From the IMG/VR virus record IMGVR_UViG_3300037882_000610, positions 17,576 through 81,575 of that record: a DNA stretch of 64,000 nt, one strand, 5' to 3'. This document shows, piece after piece, positions 34,169-43,933 of this stretch. The notes beneath the pieces were generated by a model. The model was not told the origin of the DNA and did not search any database. It saw nothing but the letters and a program-made list of their open reading frames with translations. Made by a program: the position numbers and the translations under genes. The number at the start of each line of letters is the position of its first letter. The stretch's first letter is position 1. Origin of the DNA: a virus. Taxonomy: Duplodnaviria > Heunggongvirae > Uroviricota > Caudoviricetes.

Positions 34169-35917
34169 TCATTGGCACGACTCACAGATTTCCTCTTTAG
34201 ACGCTGTAACTCCTGCCTTGCTGTAGTAGTAGTAGATGCCGAGAATCAGAGGATTCAGAAAAGCCAAGGAAGTGATACGAGCGATTTCTGCTTCTGGAAC
34301 GTCACCAGCAAAGAATAGGTTCATACTTTGCCCTTGATCCAGATACCGTTGACGTGCTGCTGCAAGCTTCAGGATCGACTCTTGAGGAATCTCAAAAGCT
34401 GTTCGGAAGACACGCTTCTCCTCGTCTGTCAGCCAGTCTACACCTTGCACAGAGCCCTGAGCATCAGTGATTTCCTGCATGTGCTTCTTGTCGTACACAC
34501 CCCTCTCCTTCATCAACTCTAGAAAGATCGGATTAGCACGGTCAACTTCGCCAGCCGGGGTCAATTGCAGGAACGTCATAGCCACGTCAGGGTTGGCACC
34601 TTCAGAGATGCCAGCCATCAGCATAGCAGTGCTCTTGGTAGGAGCCTGAGCTGTCCTGTGCGTGTTGCGTAGGCCTGAGCCCTTGCACCACTCAGGTTCT
34701 CCAAAGACGCTTGCTAGCCACTTCGAAGCCTCAAGAGTGTCGTCATGCAGCGCCTTGTAGATTTCGTTGTTGAAGGCGTAAGCCTCGTAGCTGTCCCAGG
34801 CCCAGCGCTTCATCTGCAAGTAGGTGTGGAATCCTACCAGACCCAGGCCTAGAGGACGACCAAGCTCAGCAAACTTGACAGCCTTCTCCATACCAGGGAC
34901 ACCCTTAGCCTTACTGATGAAGTCTGCGTTGACGCAATCCAAGAACACATGGGCAATGAAGATTGCCCGGGTTCCCTTGATCTTGTCCCAACGTGAGGCA
35001 TTGATGCTCGACAGGACACAAGTGTACGTCAAGTCGTAGCTGCTGTGCAAGTGAATCTCATTGCAGAGCTGTGGAGCCACGACCATAAGGCCACGGTCTT
35101 TGTAGACCTGAGGACGACGCTCATTGATCTTGTCAATGAAAGCGAAGTAGCCCTTGCCAGTCACCATCTTCGTGAACAGCGCCTGCTTGTAGCGGGCCAC
35201 AGCATCTTCGTCTCCAGCCTTCAGGCGTTCGATGAACTCGTTGCTGATATTCCAGCCAACGTTCAAGCCGTCTGGACTGTCCTTCAGGTAGTTGCACAGC
35301 TCAAAGAAGTCCCCATGCTCGATAGGCAGATAGCCTGCCCAAGCACCACGACGGTTCGAGCCTTGGCTGACGACAGTCGTGTCAAGCACGAAGGTCTTAA
35401 TCCATTCAACTACGCCACCACTCACCACGCCCTTAGCACTTACAACACCACGTGCACTGATGTCCCCGAGATAAGAAGCAGTACCAAAGCCATTCTTGGT
35501 TAGCACAGCTACTTCCAGCTTGGCAGAGTAGATGCCGTAGACGCTGTTGTCGATTCGATTGCCAGAGCAAGAAACCGAAAATCCCCTGTCCGTCCCCGTG
35601 TTGGAGATGACAGGGGTAGAGCCCGACAGATTGCCGTTCCACATCTGGTCAAAGAATGCCTGAGCCCAGGTGTAGTCCTTGCCGAACTCAGCCTCCCACC
35701 AATCGGGGTAGTGGCCCTCAACGTACTGAGCCAACGTGTTTGCGATGCGGGAGTATTGCTCCTTAGGAGTCTGAGCATTGTAAAGGTACTTGCCCTTGAA
35801 CAATTGCCAAGCCCCTGTGCTCCACCAGTCTTGCATGTTGCCCGAGGCTTGGAGAGCCTTACGCTCCCGGCTCAGGCTGTCATAGATATTGTCACTCATT
35901 GTGCTTCGTAATTCCAA
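34169..35917 (-). CDS. nrdA: ribonucleotide reductase class I alpha subunit (no ATP cone)
   Basis: SNRRGAWAGYLPIEHGD, LCNEIHL, C-terminal CESCQ tail; 582 aa. Confidence 0.8.
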   Translation of the reverse strand: MELRSTMSDNIYDSLSRERKALQASGNMQDWWSTGAWQLFKGKYLYNAQTPKEQYSRIANTLAQYVEGHYPDWWEAEFGKDYTWAQAFFDQMWNGNLSGSTPVISNTGTDRGFSVSCSGNRIDNSVYGIYSAKLEVAVLTKNGFGTASYLGDISARGVVSAKGVVSGGVVEWIKTFVLDTTVVSQGSNRRGAWAGYLPIEHGDFFELCNYLKDSPDGLNVGWNISNEFIERLKAGDEDAVARYKQALFTKMVTGKGYFAFIDKINERRPQVYKDRGLMVVAPQLCNEIHLHSSYDLTYTCVLSSINASRWDKIKGTRAIFIAHVFLDCVNADFISKAKGVPGMEKAVKFAELGRPLGLGLVGFHTYLQMKRWAWDSYEAYAFNNEIYKALHDDTLEASKWLASVFGEPEWCKGSGLRNTHRTAQAPTKSTAMLMAGISEGANPDVAMTFLQLTPAGEVDRANPIFLELMKERGVYDKKHMQEITDAQGSVQGVDWLTDEEKRVFRTAFEIPQESILKLAAARQRYLDQGQSMNLFFAGDVPEAEIARITSLAFLNPLILGIYYYYSKAGVTASKEEICESCQ

Positions 35918-36462
35918 AGTTTTTCGTACACCCTTGGGTCCACGAGATGTTGATACTTAGAAGCTAGCTCTCTAGCTGTTGCTTCTTTGAACGTCTTGTA
36001 AGCCTGAAACGCCTCTTCTGGACTTGGATACGTCCCTATGTAGACCTTCTTTTCGGAACTGTCGTTGCAGAGTGCTTGAAATTTCTTACCGTTAGGCTTG
36101 ACTCCAACTGGCAAGCCTTTATCTCTGTAGTCCCTGAAGAATTTATTCAAGGCCTGAGGTATGAATACGCAAGTAGATGGAGAGTAAATCTTCACTCCAT
36201 CCCGGAGAGCATCCGCGTCAAGATGCCAGTCTAAGTTTTTGTACCCTATCTGCGTGACTGACCAATCTACAAAAGCCGGAAAATCTCGAAACTCGCATTC
36301 AGCATCCCTATAAGTCTCATAGCGTTTAGGGTTGAAACAACGAGTCTGCATGTTTTTCCAACGCCTGCCGCTAAGAGTCCTGTACAGCACTTTGTCAATA
36401 GAGAATGATTTAATCCATTCTCCTGCGCTGTTCTTCTGGTCAGCTACTAGCTCTTCGGCCAT
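35896..36462 (-). CDS. AP2-domain protein between nrdA and nrdB (possible degenerate homing endonuclease)
   Basis: C-terminal NGKKFQALCNDSSEKKVYIGTYPSPEEAFQAYK (AP2-like); no HNH/GIY motif seen. Confidence 0.35.
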   Translation of the reverse strand: MAEELVADQKNSAGEWIKSFSIDKVLYRTLSGRRWKNMQTRCFNPKRYETYRDAECEFRDFPAFVDWSVTQIGYKNLDWHLDADALRDGVKIYSPSTCVFIPQALNKFFRDYRDKGLPVGVKPNGKKFQALCNDSSEKKVYIGTYPSPEEAFQAYKTFKEATARELASKYQHLVDPRVYEKLWNYEAQ

Positions 36463-37436
36463 TCGAAGTCCTGAATCTTCCAGTCTCTCTGGTATTCCCT
36501 GCCGATACCCTGGAAAAAATCATTCATTTGATAGTCGTTAACACCTTTGTAGAAGTATTCAGCAATCGGGTTGTACTTCACTTCCTCTCGGGTGAAGATG
36601 CGAGGGATGTTCAAGTTGTCCAGGCACAGATTGATGCGGCTCTTAACGAACTGGTCAAGCTGATGCTCCGTGATTCCTTCCTGCTTGCCCTTCTCAAAAA
36701 TCTTGCTGATGATTTCCCGCTCGTGTGCATAGATTGTCTTGGCAGATTCGTGTACAGCGTCCCTAAACTGAATCATTTCATACTCAGTGCGACCTTGCTC
36801 TGCCAGTGTGCGTCGAACAATAGCTGCACCACCTAGAGCGTGAAGGTTCTCATCGCGAGCTGTCATGTTCAGGCCACGGACGATGTTCTGAATCTTGTTC
36901 TTACCTTGGCTTTGGAAGTGCTTCAAGTAGCCCAGGTTGGAGTACAGAATAGCTCCCTCAGCCATGCTGAACACTGCCGTTGCCAACTCTTCGTCAGGAT
37001 TCTCTAGCATCACATCCAAGAACTTGATGCGATCCGATAGAGCAGGATCATTCAAGTAGGACGTGTAGAACTCCATCGTGCCCAGACCAAGCTGCTCATT
37101 GATTTCGTTGTAGAACGGTGCATGGCTATTCTGCTCAACATGAGAGAAAGCGGCAGCCATTCTTTGGATGCCTACTTGGGGGTACTTCTTTCGAACGTGA
37201 TCCGCCCAATATTCGTTCCCGATGATTAGCTCGTACTTGGTGAACAGCTTCAGCGTCGATACAACTCCGTGGTACTCCGACTCAGACATATTGGTCAGCA
37301 AGTCTTGCTTGTCCTTGCCAACCGCAATCTCATCCCAAGGCCAAAAGATTTTGATTTGAGCATCGGCCATGTGCCCGAACTCAGGGTACTTATCAATGTA
37401 CCCGTCAAGGGGTTGCTTAATCGGAGCTAGATTCAT
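36447..37436 (-). CDS. nrdB: ribonucleotide reductase class I beta subunit
   Basis: 329-aa ferritin-like diiron protein (E..H pairs, tyrosyl radical region) next to nrdA. Confidence 0.75.
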   Translation of the reverse strand: MNLAPIKQPLDGYIDKYPEFGHMADAQIKIFWPWDEIAVGKDKQDLLTNMSESEYHGVVSTLKLFTKYELIIGNEYWADHVRKKYPQVGIQRMAAAFSHVEQNSHAPFYNEINEQLGLGTMEFYTSYLNDPALSDRIKFLDVMLENPDEELATAVFSMAEGAILYSNLGYLKHFQSQGKNKIQNIVRGLNMTARDENLHALGGAAIVRRTLAEQGRTEYEMIQFRDAVHESAKTIYAHEREIISKIFEKGKQEGITEHQLDQFVKSRINLCLDNLNIPRIFTREEVKYNPIAEYFYKGVNDYQMNDFFQGIGREYQRDWKIQDFEWPKS

Positions 37437-37948
37437 GTTGTTTGGTACTCAGCTGGCGTCTTCAAATTGCCTTGTTCGTTGTAGGGAGAGCCCCGGACTT
37501 CATCGCGGTAGAAGGTGAGAGCTTCAATCTGCATCTGAATGATTCCATAGTCGGGGTCGATATCCGAGTCAGGGAAGTCGTTCACCTCGTCTGCAGCATC
37601 TTCGTCCAGGTTGACACTGTGCCCCATCATCTTGGAAAGTTCCCGGGCAAGGCTTGGGTCTTTCTGAGATGCCCAGATCAAGCGCTCAATCAGAGGGCAC
37701 AGCTTGCTATTCAGGTACACAGGATCGTTGCTGATTTCCCCTACTGCCCTGAAGCCTACCTCAACCTTACCGGCCAAGTCTCTATGCCGAGAGGGCACAT
37801 ACAAGATTGGAGCCTGGATGTTGAAGCCTACAGCAGCCAGGACTTCATTAACTGCTGCATCATGCTTTGGATTCAGCAGCTCTGTCTCGCTAAAACCCGT
37901 AAGACTCGGGACACGCTTAAGGTCACGGAAAGAAAAAACTCGACTCAT
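37433..37948 (-). CDS. hypothetical protein (171 aa)
   Basis: ORF track; overlaps nrdB start. Confidence 0.4.
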   Translation of the reverse strand: MSRVFSFRDLKRVPSLTGFSETELLNPKHDAAVNEVLAAVGFNIQAPILYVPSRHRDLAGKVEVGFRAVGEISNDPVYLNSKLCPLIERLIWASQKDPSLARELSKMMGHSVNLDEDAADEVNDFPDSDIDPDYGIIQMQIEALTFYRDEVRGSPYNEQGNLKTPAEYQTT

Positions 37949-38118
37949 TACTGCTCCTCTGCCACTTCCGCTGTGGCTGTTTCTGTTGTTCCGTTGATTT
38001 CATGAATCAACGCCGTCTCGCAACTGCGCAGGGCGCACAGTGGAAGGACTTTACTGCCTCCGAAAATCCACGTAGATGGCTCGCCGCAGATTATGCAAAG
38101 GCTTTCTTGTTCACTCAT
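37948..38118 (-). CDS. small Cys-containing protein (56 aa), putative zinc ribbon
   Basis: MSEQESLCIICGEPSTW...LPLCALRSCE...; RBS AAGGAG; TAATG overlap with downstream gene. Not in ORF track. Confidence 0.35.
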   Translation of the reverse strand: MSEQESLCIICGEPSTWIFGGSKVLPLCALRSCETALIHEINGTTETATAEVAEEQ

Positions 38119-38402
38119 TTAGGCTCCTTAAAGTCTGGGTACTGGAGGTTCTGCTGTTGGAGCCATCGCTTCAGCCCTGGATAAAGACGTAATGGGTATG
38201 CCACGTTGTAGCTCAGCTCTTCCAGGTGCACCCCGTCTGCAATGATGAACTCATCCTGCCAGAAGAAAGCCCAGGCCTCTCCCGAGCTGTCAAGATCAAT
38301 CAGCTCACCCATAGGAGCCAGCCTCCAGACTACGACTGAACCGTCGTGACGCAAACCAAGCCCAAAGGGCATGGCTCCAATCTGAATGTTAACTTGCCAC
38401 AT
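38115..38402 (-). CDS. hypothetical protein (95 aa)
   Basis: ORF track. Confidence 0.35.
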   Translation of the reverse strand: MWQVNIQIGAMPFGLGLRHDGSVVVWRLAPMGELIDLDSSGEAWAFFWQDEFIIADGVHLEELSYNVAYPLRLYPGLKRWLQQQNLQYPDFKEPK

Positions 38403-39253
38403 TACAGTCGCATCTCTTCCAGGATAGGCTTGCCGTCAATAATCAGGCCTGTGCCGATTACAGGTCGCTTGATGTTGACGTTGTTGTAGTTGAATGCCAA
38501 CGACTTGCGATCAATCAAACAGCCCGTATTCATGCCCCACAACAGCTTCGTCGGCGTGCTCCAGTATTGGATACCAAAACTCTCATGGTAATGGCCGCTA
38601 ACATGTGACATTCCCATAAGCTGAGCAGTACGCAATGCCTGAGGACTCTTGCCGTGGTGCACATAAACGTCTTGACCGTCTGGCAGCTTCAGAGTCAAAT
38701 CTGGATGCCAGACCCACCCTGAACCAACCTGGAGGACATCGTTGTAGCTCTTGATGTAAGCTCTTGAGATGCCGTGAGTCTTTGCCTTGCGCCACACCAG
38801 CGAGCCATGGTTAGACTCAATCAAATCCATCTGAGGAAACAAATCATGCATCTCAGCGATGACAGGCAAGCTCTTCTGAAGCTCTGTGCCAGCACTGTCG
38901 AGGTCTGGGTCGCTGTCGTGATAAGACAACGCATGCTTGTCAAGTTCGTCGCCTAGGTTGATAATCCGTGTCGGCTCATAACGTTGCTTGAGCAGGTACA
39001 GAAAGTCAATGAGGTTCGGATGATGGTAAGGGATGTGCTGGTCAGAGATGAACAGGATGCGAGAGTTGTCTACTTTTCTTGGTTCTGAGAATTTCGGGGC
39101 AGCCGGGCCATCCCAGATAGTCCCAGAGCTTTCTCTACTCCTGAGGTAGTCACTCACTGTACTCTTTGGTACTCCGATAATCCCGGCAATCTGACGCCAA
39201 GAACTCCCTGTGTCTGCTAGGGACGCGGCGCACTGCCGCTGAAAATCATTCAT
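38402..39253 (-). CDS. calcineurin-like metallophosphoesterase with N-terminal HTH
   Basis: SDQHIPYHH, NLGDELD, ESNHG, GHYHE phosphoesterase motifs; N-terminal GVPKSTVSDYLR helix-turn-helix. Confidence 0.6.
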   Translation of the reverse strand: MNDFQRQCAASLADTGSSWRQIAGIIGVPKSTVSDYLRSRESSGTIWDGPAAPKFSEPRKVDNSRILFISDQHIPYHHPNLIDFLYLLKQRYEPTRIINLGDELDKHALSYHDSDPDLDSAGTELQKSLPVIAEMHDLFPQMDLIESNHGSLVWRKAKTHGISRAYIKSYNDVLQVGSGWVWHPDLTLKLPDGQDVYVHHGKSPQALRTAQLMGMSHVSGHYHESFGIQYWSTPTKLLWGMNTGCLIDRKSLAFNYNNVNIKRPVIGTGLIIDGKPILEEMRL

Positions 39254-39797
39254 CAGACTCCTTCTTAAAAGTTTCTACCAACGCTGCTCGGCGTTTGGAG
39301 GCATTCGTCAGCAGGCGAGCATTATACCCGAGACCTACTAGGTAGTCAAGTTGCTGTTTCGTATTGTGAGACTTCACATACTCGATAGCTTTCTTTTCTG
39401 CCATAGCATCCTTGAAATCCAAACCTGTACGTTCCGCGTAGCTCTTCACCTTGTGACAAGGTTTGCAAGCCAGAACCCAGTTGTTGTTGCAGTCCAACAG
39501 ATTATACAGGAATTGATAGGCAGTCTCCCAAGAGTTACACTCCCCTGCTTGCTTGACGTGATCTACTTCTAGAGCTGATGCTGCAAAGCTCTGGGAGCAG
39601 TAGTGACACTTCCCTAGCTTCTTGGCACGTCCAGTGTACCCCTTGGGAGGGGTCACTAGCTGAGACTGCTTCCAAGAGAGCTTTGGAGGGTAGACAGCCC
39701 ATATACGCCGGATAGCCCCTCTAAGATACGTCCAGAACGCAGCAGAAGTTTTCCAGATTCCGGGGTACGCCACCCAAGGCTCAAGTCCTTTTGTCAA
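39246..39797 (-). CDS. HNH-like nuclease (putative)
   Basis: CHYC...EVDHV...CKPCH. Confidence 0.45.
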   Translation of the reverse strand: MTKGLEPWVAYPGIWKTSAAFWTYLRGAIRRIWAVYPPKLSWKQSQLVTPPKGYTGRAKKLGKCHYCSQSFAASALEVDHVKQAGECNSWETAYQFLYNLLDCNNNWVLACKPCHKVKSYAERTGLDFKDAMAEKKAIEYVKSHNTKQQLDYLVGLGYNARLLTNASKRRAALVETFKKESDE

Positions 39798-40356
39798 CAG
39801 CGCCTCCCCATTGGGCTGCCATGGCTTCTGCGATGCCCGCGAAAGTCCGGTCCCGGACTTTCCAACGATCAGGGCTAGGCGGAAGCTTATGAATCCTCTG
39901 TTCTCTCCCTTCCACTATGTTTGTAGGTACAAGCTTAGGAAGGTTCTTCAACCAAAGGCAAGTAGCTTTAGTCTCCCCGTGTCCAAACATCCAAGGTTGT
40001 ATAGTTTGATCCGGCTTACGCCACTTCGTGGACATGATACAGACTGGATTCTCGATAGCAATTCTCTCAATAGGGCTGTTCGCAAGCCTCGTGAAAAATT
40101 CAATTGCTGCCTGCTGTCTTCCATCTGCGATCTTTGCAGCAAAATGTCTTGCTCCGCTGACTGCTAGATGCGTACAGGGAGGGTGCGCAATCATCAAATC
40201 CCATCCTTGGTCAATGATGTCGAATACATCTCCTTTGTAGTGATAAGGACTTCCGTCCTCTGCATCTAACAAATCGCATGACCAGGCATCATGGCCCAGT
40301 TTTCGGAACGCCTCCCTCACACGCCCACTGTATTCACAGGCGACTAGAACGCGCAC
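39781..40356 (-). CDS. short protein with C5-cytosine-methyltransferase-like motif IV (PPCT..S..G)
   Basis: VLVACEYSG ... MIAHPPCTHLAVSGARH; only 191 aa, other MTase motifs not seen. Confidence 0.3.
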   Translation of the reverse strand: MRVLVACEYSGRVREAFRKLGHDAWSCDLLDAEDGSPYHYKGDVFDIIDQGWDLMIAHPPCTHLAVSGARHFAAKIADGRQQAAIEFFTRLANSPIERIAIENPVCIMSTKWRKPDQTIQPWMFGHGETKATCLWLKNLPKLVPTNIVEGREQRIHKLPPSPDRWKVRDRTFAGIAEAMAAQWGGAVDKRT

Positions 40357-40922
40357 GTTCCACCTTCCAAGTGCCTATCAGTGTAGCCTGCATATTGCTC
40401 GTTCAATTCTTTCATCTTTTCCTTTCGAAAATTCACAGCCGCTTGGAACGATTCTGTAGAGAGCCCCATGAAGTATTTGCTACCTCTGGTGCCATCTAGA
40501 TTGCTCCACTGAGCTACCCACCCCGAATAGACCTCACCTCGCTTGGTTCTGTGTTTCTGTGAGACTCCCGTTGTACCCGATACATTGTCGTGCCGCCGTA
40601 TCTTGTTTCTAGCGTTCAAGGTAGAGTCCACAAGACGGAGATTACCGATTTTGTTGTTCGACCTATCTCCGTCCTTGTGATCTAGCATCTTGCCAGCCGG
40701 TACGGAACCGTGATGCAATTCATAGACTACGATGTGAACATTGTAATCAACATCGAACAGACTGAGCCTGAAATAGCCGTCGTTCATTCGTCCTCCGGCT
40801 ACAGAATCCCTAGCATGTTCTAATTTGCACAGACCTTTGCCAGAGTAGCGGTCACAAGAAAATCTCAGATAAGTTGGGCTAGTCTCGTCGTAGTAGACGT
40901 GTTCTGACCAGTTAATATTCAA
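40344..40922 (-). CDS. HNH-AP2 homing endonuclease (paralog 2 of 4)
   Basis: VYYDETSPTYLRF...LDHKDGDRSNNKIGNLR...SGTTGVSQ...YSGWVAQW; TTG start. Confidence 0.7.
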   Translation of the reverse strand: MNINWSEHVYYDETSPTYLRFSCDRYSGKGLCKLEHARDSVAGGRMNDGYFRLSLFDVDYNVHIVVYELHHGSVPAGKMLDHKDGDRSNNKIGNLRLVDSTLNARNKIRRHDNVSGTTGVSQKHRTKRGEVYSGWVAQWSNLDGTRGSKYFMGLSTESFQAAVNFRKEKMKELNEQYAGYTDRHLEGGTCAF

Positions 40923-42012
40923 TTCCCAGCTTGTTCATTACCTCCCTCACATCTGTAGGTTTCTCATCCAAGGTTCTCAGCATCTTTGCAAGCGTAAAAT
41001 TTTCTTGCAAGACATACAACCAGTCCACTTCGATTTCCCAGCTCTGGAAATCCGGCTTCAGAATCTTCATAGTCTTTGGATCACTATAGCCTCTCCAGCC
41101 GATTATTTTCCTCGGGGAGGGGTAGAGTAGCTGGTAGCCCTTTTTAAGCGCTTCCCAGGCCTCTGTGTCGTTCGTAGCATCCTTCAGGATGTCGTAGGCA
41201 GACTTGTCAGCCCATTTGATCCCTGGATTGGCAGAGTTGGCAAAGTAGTTGTCAGCATCGTCGCCGCACATCACTTGGAAGTACAGCCACTTGCGCCCCC
41301 AACCATCCACCTTCTTGGCTCCTGCATCCCAGGTCAGCTCTCCGAAGATGTCACCTTGGCTTCGAATGGTCATCGAAGGAGCGTGTAGCAATTCTCCAAC
41401 GCCAGACTTGTAGTCCTTGTCAGTGTACGACAGAATCACCCTGTCTGAATCGTTACCAGTCTTCTTGTACTTCAGCCAACCGTCGCGGACATCAATCGTG
41501 CAAACGTCGTCCGCTTCCACGTTCTGGTCTGGGTCTGGATCGTAAACGATGATGCAGCCATGCTGCCGCTCCAGATAGTCCTTCATGTCTTCCAAGTGCA
41601 CCGGACGGAGCATGCCTTCACGATTCCCCTTGTACTTGACAATCGTGGATACGCCTTCACGGAAGACAACGCCTCGGCCAGAGTAGCCGTAATACTTCTT
41701 GGCTCCTGTGAACTCCTTAGCAGAGACGATCATCTGCTTCAGCGTGTGCAAGCAGTTGGATAGAGGCTCTGGCGTTTGGATGTCGGTGACATCAAACTCC
41801 TCAGGAAGCCGCTTCTTGTCATCAGGACGGCCTTCGTTGTACTGAGCCAGCCAACCCCCTGCCTTCTTCTTCCAATGGCCCCAGAAGGCCGTGCGAGTGG
41901 CAAACTCGTACTCATCCCCACTGACACGGTGCACAACCTTGATTGTGCGTTCTTCCCCAACTGCCCCTGCCTGATACAGCAAGGGGTCATAGTCGAAACA
42001 CAGTGTTGTCAT
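40912..42012 (-). CDS. 5'-3' exonuclease / flap endonuclease (FEN, RNase H-like), putative
   Basis: SYTDKDYKS and CGDDADNYFANSANPGIKWADKSAYDIL resemble the DKD and GDxxDN..PG.G.K.A H3TH motifs of T5 D15/T4 RNase H. Confidence 0.45.
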   Translation of the reverse strand: MTTLCFDYDPLLYQAGAVGEERTIKVVHRVSGDEYEFATRTAFWGHWKKKAGGWLAQYNEGRPDDKKRLPEEFDVTDIQTPEPLSNCLHTLKQMIVSAKEFTGAKKYYGYSGRGVVFREGVSTIVKYKGNREGMLRPVHLEDMKDYLERQHGCIIVYDPDPDQNVEADDVCTIDVRDGWLKYKKTGNDSDRVILSYTDKDYKSGVGELLHAPSMTIRSQGDIFGELTWDAGAKKVDGWGRKWLYFQVMCGDDADNYFANSANPGIKWADKSAYDILKDATNDTEAWEALKKGYQLLYPSPRKIIGWRGYSDPKTMKILKPDFQSWEIEVDWLYVLQENFTLAKMLRTLDEKPTDVREVMNKLGIEY

Positions 42013-42191
42013 TCAGTTCTCGGGAAACGGTAAATCCAATACCGTCCGTCGTACTCCCGACGTTCGACATGCTCCAGCCACACGATCTTCGGCTTGTCTA
42101 GGAAGCCTTCCAAGATGACCGGATACCATGCATACCACGAGTGCCATTCAGCCAGCTTATGGTTGATTTCTTTGTACAGTTTGATTCTCAT
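42009..42191 (-). CDS. hypothetical protein (60 aa, Trp/Tyr-rich)
   Basis: ORF track. Confidence 0.3.
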   Translation of the reverse strand: MRIKLYKEINHKLAEWHSWYAWYPVILEGFLDKPKIVWLEHVERREYDGRYWIYRFPRTE

Positions 42192-42254
42192 TCAATCCTC
42201 CAATGCAGAAAAGCCCGCCCTTGCGGGGCAGGGCGTAGGATCAGCTAGGGCCGA

Positions 42255-43193
42255 TCAGAAAGGCGCGTCAACATCGTCCTCGGGTGCCAGAGGAGCCGGT
42301 GCAGGGGCCTTGGCCTTTGCAGCAGTCTTGGCAGCCGGCTTCGGAGCGGGCGTAGGAGCAGCCTTGGCAGGCTCAGGAGCATCGTCGCCTTGGTCAGCTT
42401 CGAATGCCTCGATAGCAGCTTGCATCGCAGAGCCGGGATAGTTCTTTGCCAGCTTGATTTGGTTGCGAATGCCCTTGCGGATGAACATGATGTCTTCCTT
42501 GGTGGCATTGTCAAACGTGATGCACAGCGGCTTGGCGTCCAGCTCATCCACATCCTCAGGATTGTCGTTCTTGTCCAGTGGGACAGGAGACGCACCCTTG
42601 TAGTGAACGTTCTTGTACGTCACAGTCTTGCCGTCCTTTTCCTTCTCAGTGACCTTGACATCGACGTTCGCGAGGAACGGCTGATTCAGGAGCAGAGAGA
42701 TGTCCAGCGAACGAGCATCGCCACGAACGTCCAGCGTGACGTATTCCATCTCCACAGCCTTTGCCAACTTGGTCAGCAGGTTCTGCGGATGGAAGCCCCA
42801 CGGCTTGCCTTCGATGATCTTGCCCTTGGCATCCTTCGGAGGACCGACAGTGAAGTTGATGCCTTGCAGCTTGCCCGCGAAGCTCTTGTTGAGCAGCATG
42901 CGGTACTGCTTCTCGCCGATGTCGCCACCGTAGTCAACACGGTCGTTCACGAGGTCAGCGAAGACAGCAACTTGTTGGCAGTCCTTCTGATCGTGACGCA
43001 CAGCGCCTTCGGTGTCTTCGTCTACGAGCTGCCCAGCGGCATTCTTGTAGACTGGCTCACGTTCCTGGGTTCCCAGGTCGATGATGAGCGACACACGTGC
43101 ACGGCGATTGCCAGCACGGGGCACCGGAAGATTGACAGGTTCGTCAGAGTCGCGAGTCGGTGCGTTTGCCTTAGCGGCAGGCTTAAAAGCCAT
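42255..43193 (-). CDS. putative single-stranded DNA-binding protein
   Basis: Pro/Ala/Lys linker and acidic C-terminal tail ...PEDDVDAPF resembling SSB tail DDDIPF. Confidence 0.4.
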   Translation of the reverse strand: MAFKPAAKANAPTRDSDEPVNLPVPRAGNRRARVSLIIDLGTQEREPVYKNAAGQLVDEDTEGAVRHDQKDCQQVAVFADLVNDRVDYGGDIGEKQYRMLLNKSFAGKLQGINFTVGPPKDAKGKIIEGKPWGFHPQNLLTKLAKAVEMEYVTLDVRGDARSLDISLLLNQPFLANVDVKVTEKEKDGKTVTYKNVHYKGASPVPLDKNDNPEDVDELDAKPLCITFDNATKEDIMFIRKGIRNQIKLAKNYPGSAMQAAIEAFEADQGDDAPEPAKAAPTPAPKPAAKTAAKAKAPAPAPLAPEDDVDAPF

Positions 43194-43221
43194 TGATGAG
43201 TCCCTTTACTTGAGGTAGGAT

Positions 43222-43476
43222 TTAGCGCCTGATGAGGGCACGGATGTTCTGCACAGCAGCCTTGGCAGACTCAATTTCGCCCTCGGCCTTGGCCTTCGCT
43301 TGGAGAGCGAGTTCAGCGGCGGTAGCTTGAGCCTTTGCAGCAGCAGAGTGCACTTCCACGGCAGTTTCCAGCTTGGCAACTACGGTGTGGAAAGAGTTCA
43401 GGATGTCGCTCACGTTGTGAGTGCGACCCCGGGCCTTGTCGATCAGCTTCTTCAGCTTTGCGATCAGTTCATTCAT
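43222..43476 (-). CDS. hypothetical coiled-coil protein
   Basis: Internal start MNELIAKLKK; ATGA overlap with next gene. Confidence 0.3.
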   Translation of the reverse strand: MNELIAKLKKLIDKARGRTHNVSDILNSFHTVVAKLETAVEVHSAAAKAQATAAELALQAKAKAEGEIESAKAAVQNIRALIRR

Positions 43477-43736
43477 TTCTTCTCCTTGAGGTTGAGGTAT
43501 TGACGTACATAGAAGTTCGACACAGAATCCGTCTGATCCTTGAACTTCTGGATTTGAATCCACATATTCTCCTCGGTGACAGGAATCCCCGAGTTCTCCA
43601 TGTAGGAAATCAAGCTGGCACTGACAGCCATGCTGAACGAATTGAACAGTGTGTTCGTATCCGCTTCACATGCAGAGGCAATGTTGATGTACCCAGCGGC
43701 AAGTTCCTGGGCTGCTCCGATTTGCTCAGGCGTCAT
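43473..43736 (-). CDS. hypothetical protein (87 aa)
   Basis: ORF track. Confidence 0.35.
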   Translation of the reverse strand: MTPEQIGAAQELAAGYINIASACEADTNTLFNSFSMAVSASLISYMENSGIPVTEENMWIQIQKFKDQTDSVSNFYVRQYLNLKEKK

Positions 43737-43933
43737 GCGGGCGTGTACACGGCATCTTCTGTCGTGAATGTCTCTGTGGCTTCGTCGTATTCGAGGACTG
43801 GATTCGTGAGTCCTCTGATGTTCGTGCAGCCTTCAAGGCCCGGCACAGGAACCGATAGAACGTATACAGCCCCCTTGCCAATGACGACTTCACCGATAAT
43901 CTCGGCGTATCGGACGAGTTCTTTTTCGATCAT
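43733..43933 (-). CDS. hypothetical protein (66 aa)
   Basis: ORF track. Confidence 0.3.
   Translation of the reverse strand: MIEKELVRYAEIIGEVVIGKGAVYVLSVPVPGLEGCTNIRGLTNPVLEYDEATETFTTEDAVYTPA

Noticed and set aside
42390-43196. 268-aa + strand ORF opposite putative SSB
   Set aside because: Antisense shadow.
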